Source: Felis catus (taxonomy: Eukaryota). From it: a stretch of 64,000 nucleotides of DNA. The stretch lies in contig NC_058368.1 of NCBI RefSeq assembly GCF_018350175.1, positions 191,706,001-191,770,000 of the forward strand, in the 5' to 3' direction. This document shows positions 61,600 through 64,000 of this stretch, in pieces (position 1 is the first letter of the stretch; every line of letters begins with the position of its first letter). Below the pieces are notes generated by a model, which was not told the origin of the DNA, did no database searches, and saw nothing but the letters and a program-made list of their open reading frames with translations. The position numbers and the translations under genes are program-made.

Positions 61600-62030
61600 G
61601 CTGGCTCTGTTATCTTGAAGCTTTGTTGCCTTGGCAGGTTACTTAAACCCTCTAACTAATGGTTATCTAACTAATGGTTGTTTTATCTGTAAAATGGGGA
61701 TAACAAAAGTATCTATTGCACAGAGATTTAGAGTATTAGATGAGATAATGCATATAGAGTGTTTAACACAGTGCCTGGTTTTCTTGAGTGCCTTGATCAC
61801 GAAATGTTTGCTCTACCTTTATTATAAGTGATTTATAGTATACAAAGCATTTCCCATGTATTAATTCCACAAGAACATGCTAAAGAAACCAAGTATCATT
61901 ATTTCTACTTTATAGATAAGGAAGCCATGCCTGATAACTTATTCAGGGTTAATGAACCAGTACGTAGCAGAGTTGGACTTAAATTCTTCTTTGAAGGCAC
62001 ATTCATTGCTCCTTCCATTAAATTACATAT
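61600..62030. mobile_element. Two MIR relics (+ then -)
   Basis: ATCTGTAAAATGGGGATAACAA...GATGAGATAATGCAT; TTTTATAGATAAGGAAGC. Confidence 0.7.
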
Positions 62031-62476
62031 GCTCTAGTAGGAAATGTCTTTGCCTGTTTTTTGTCATTGCCACCTACTAAAAAAGGAATTTTCCCACTGG
62101 CAAAAAAATTGAGTACAGGAAGGTGGAGAGTCATTTCTGTCATGACCATCAATACGCATTTATGAAGCACCTAGATGTGCAAAGCCCTTTTCACCAAGAA
62201 GGTATGATTTCCTCTGCTCCCTTAGCTGACCACAGAGCAAGTCACTGTGGAACTGATTGTCAGAGCAAACACTCAAACATGCATTAAAGTGAAGCCATCA
62301 CTTCAACTTGGACTGCCTATCACCAGGTGAATTCAAGAATCTGAGCAACTTTTCAGACAATGTGGTTCTGGTGCTTAAAATAGTGTGGTATGTTAGGTTG
62401 GAGGAGGACAGTACAACATTCTTTTGGAATTTTATTTTCAAGTCAAGATCTAAATGCTTTGTTTCACTCTATGAAA

Positions 62477-62683
62477 TTATGGTTTTGCTTTTTTTTAAGT
62501 TTGTTTATTCATCGAGAGAGAGAGAGAGAGAGCAGGGAAGGGGCAGAGAGAGAGGATTCCAAGCAGGCTCTGCACTGTCAGCGAGGACGCTGATGCGGGG
62601 TTCAAACTCATGAACCATGAGACCATGACCTGAGCTGAAATCAAGAGCCAGGTGCTTAACCACCTGAACCACCCAGGCGTCCC
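62477..62683 (-). mobile_element. Can-SINE
   Basis: TSD TCACTCTATGAAA (62464/62685). Confidence 0.92.
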
Positions 62684-63379
62684 ATCACTCTATGAAAGTG
62701 TTAAGGCACACAGCCTTAGTGTCTTCCACAGAGTAAGAAGAACAGATTCTGCCTTTCAACATTTCCCAGAAACCTTTCAAGGCAAATTTAAGTCAGAAAG
62801 TCATACTAGAAACTGTCCTCCAGATATGAGGCAGCTCTAAAAAACTGCAGGGTCCTGTTCATAAGGAATAAAGAATTGCTACTATTGATGCCATATTTTC
62901 TTCTGTTTTCTTCCCCAAGAAGAAATTTAGATTACTAACAATCACAACTTACATTTCCAGAAGAGACACACCTATAAATGCCTGAAAATATAGAATCTGC
63001 AGCACAGCATTTACATTTTAATATAAAACTCTCTTAAAAATGATTGTATATGTGTTGGCCAACTATCCAACAAAAATGCAAAATCTGTTGGGGCAGATAT
63101 ATTGTTGATTTAAAAAAAAAAAGATTCCAAGTGTTGCAAGTGATCCTATTTCTGTAAAACCACAACTACGTCTTAAAAATCTCTTTTATCTGTATATCTT
63201 TATCTATCTGCCTAGCTGGAAGAGAGTATATCAAAATGTTAACCGTGTCCCTCTGGAAGGGGGGAAGATTATGTGGGTTTTTTTTTCTCCATATAGTTTT
63301 GTATTATAACTTAGACAATGAGCAGGTGTTAGTGTTCTTTGCAGTATGTTTTTTCAAACTATTTAAAAATAACAACTCC

Positions 63380-63609
63380 AGGGCACCTGGGTGGCTCAGT
63401 CGATTAAGCATCCAACTCTTGGTTTTGGCTCACGTCATGATCTCACAGTTTGTGAGCTGGTGAGTTTGAGCCCCACACGGGTGCGCTGGCAGTGGGATTC
63501 TCTGCCTGTGTGGGATTCTCTGCCTCCCTCTCTCTCTGCCCCTCCCCCACTCTCTCTCTAGCTCTCTCTCAAAATAAATAACCCTTAAAAAATAAATAAA
63601 ATAAAAATA
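63380..63609 (+). mobile_element. Can-SINE with an internal duplication (GTGGGATTCTCTGCCT twice)
   Basis: TSD AAAATAACAACTC. Confidence 0.9.
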
Positions 63610-64000
63610 AAAATAACAACTCAGGACCACTTTGGCTATTTGGTGACTTACAGGTTGCAGCTCCCACAGGGAAAGTAAGGATGAAGGATGATGTTCAACA
63701 TTCCACCAAACTCCTGGATGTAGCACATCTTTGGAGGAAAAAAAAAAAATCCATGTAGATCTCATCTTAAGCAAACCTCTGGAGAAACCCAATACACTGG
63801 GTGGGGACCACTAACAAGCTATTCACTAATCAGGAATTCAGGTAACCTGACTAACATCTTTCCCATGACCTAGGAATTGAATGTGAGTTTTCAGCCTACA
63901 CTTATCACATGGGAACATTTTCTCATCCAGTATAATGAGGATAATGCGTTTCTATTTCACAGGGCTGCCTGAGGATGGGGTAAGGTACTATGTGTGAAAT

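Overview
Repeat-rich felid (cat-family) intronic or intergenic DNA, identified by tRNA-derived Can-SINEs including young SINEC_Fc-type copies. I could not identify a host protein-coding gene. Most short ORFs in the track come from SINEs, microsatellites or the antisense strand of LINEs. The dominant feature is a young full-length LINE-1 (53696-59946, + strand, 15-bp TSD). It is disabled by an ORF1 frameshift, a SINE insertion in ORF2 and a late ORF2 nonsense codon. It also carries a short 3' transduction and an antisense ATG-initiated 125-codon ORF in its 5'UTR, positioned like primate ORF0. This L1 sits in a four-level nest (MER33 > old SINE > L1 > young SINE) that also holds a MER34-like solo LTR. 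The rest of the window contains about 27 Can-SINEs, a clean ERV1-class solo LTR, old MaLR/ERVL LTRs, hAT MITEs, MIR/L2/CR1 relics, microsatellites and several repeat-free islands that look like conserved enhancers or cryptic exons. Family names are recalled from consensus sequences and need a RepeatMasker/Dfam check. I found no clearly new biological system; the best candidates are listed as findings.
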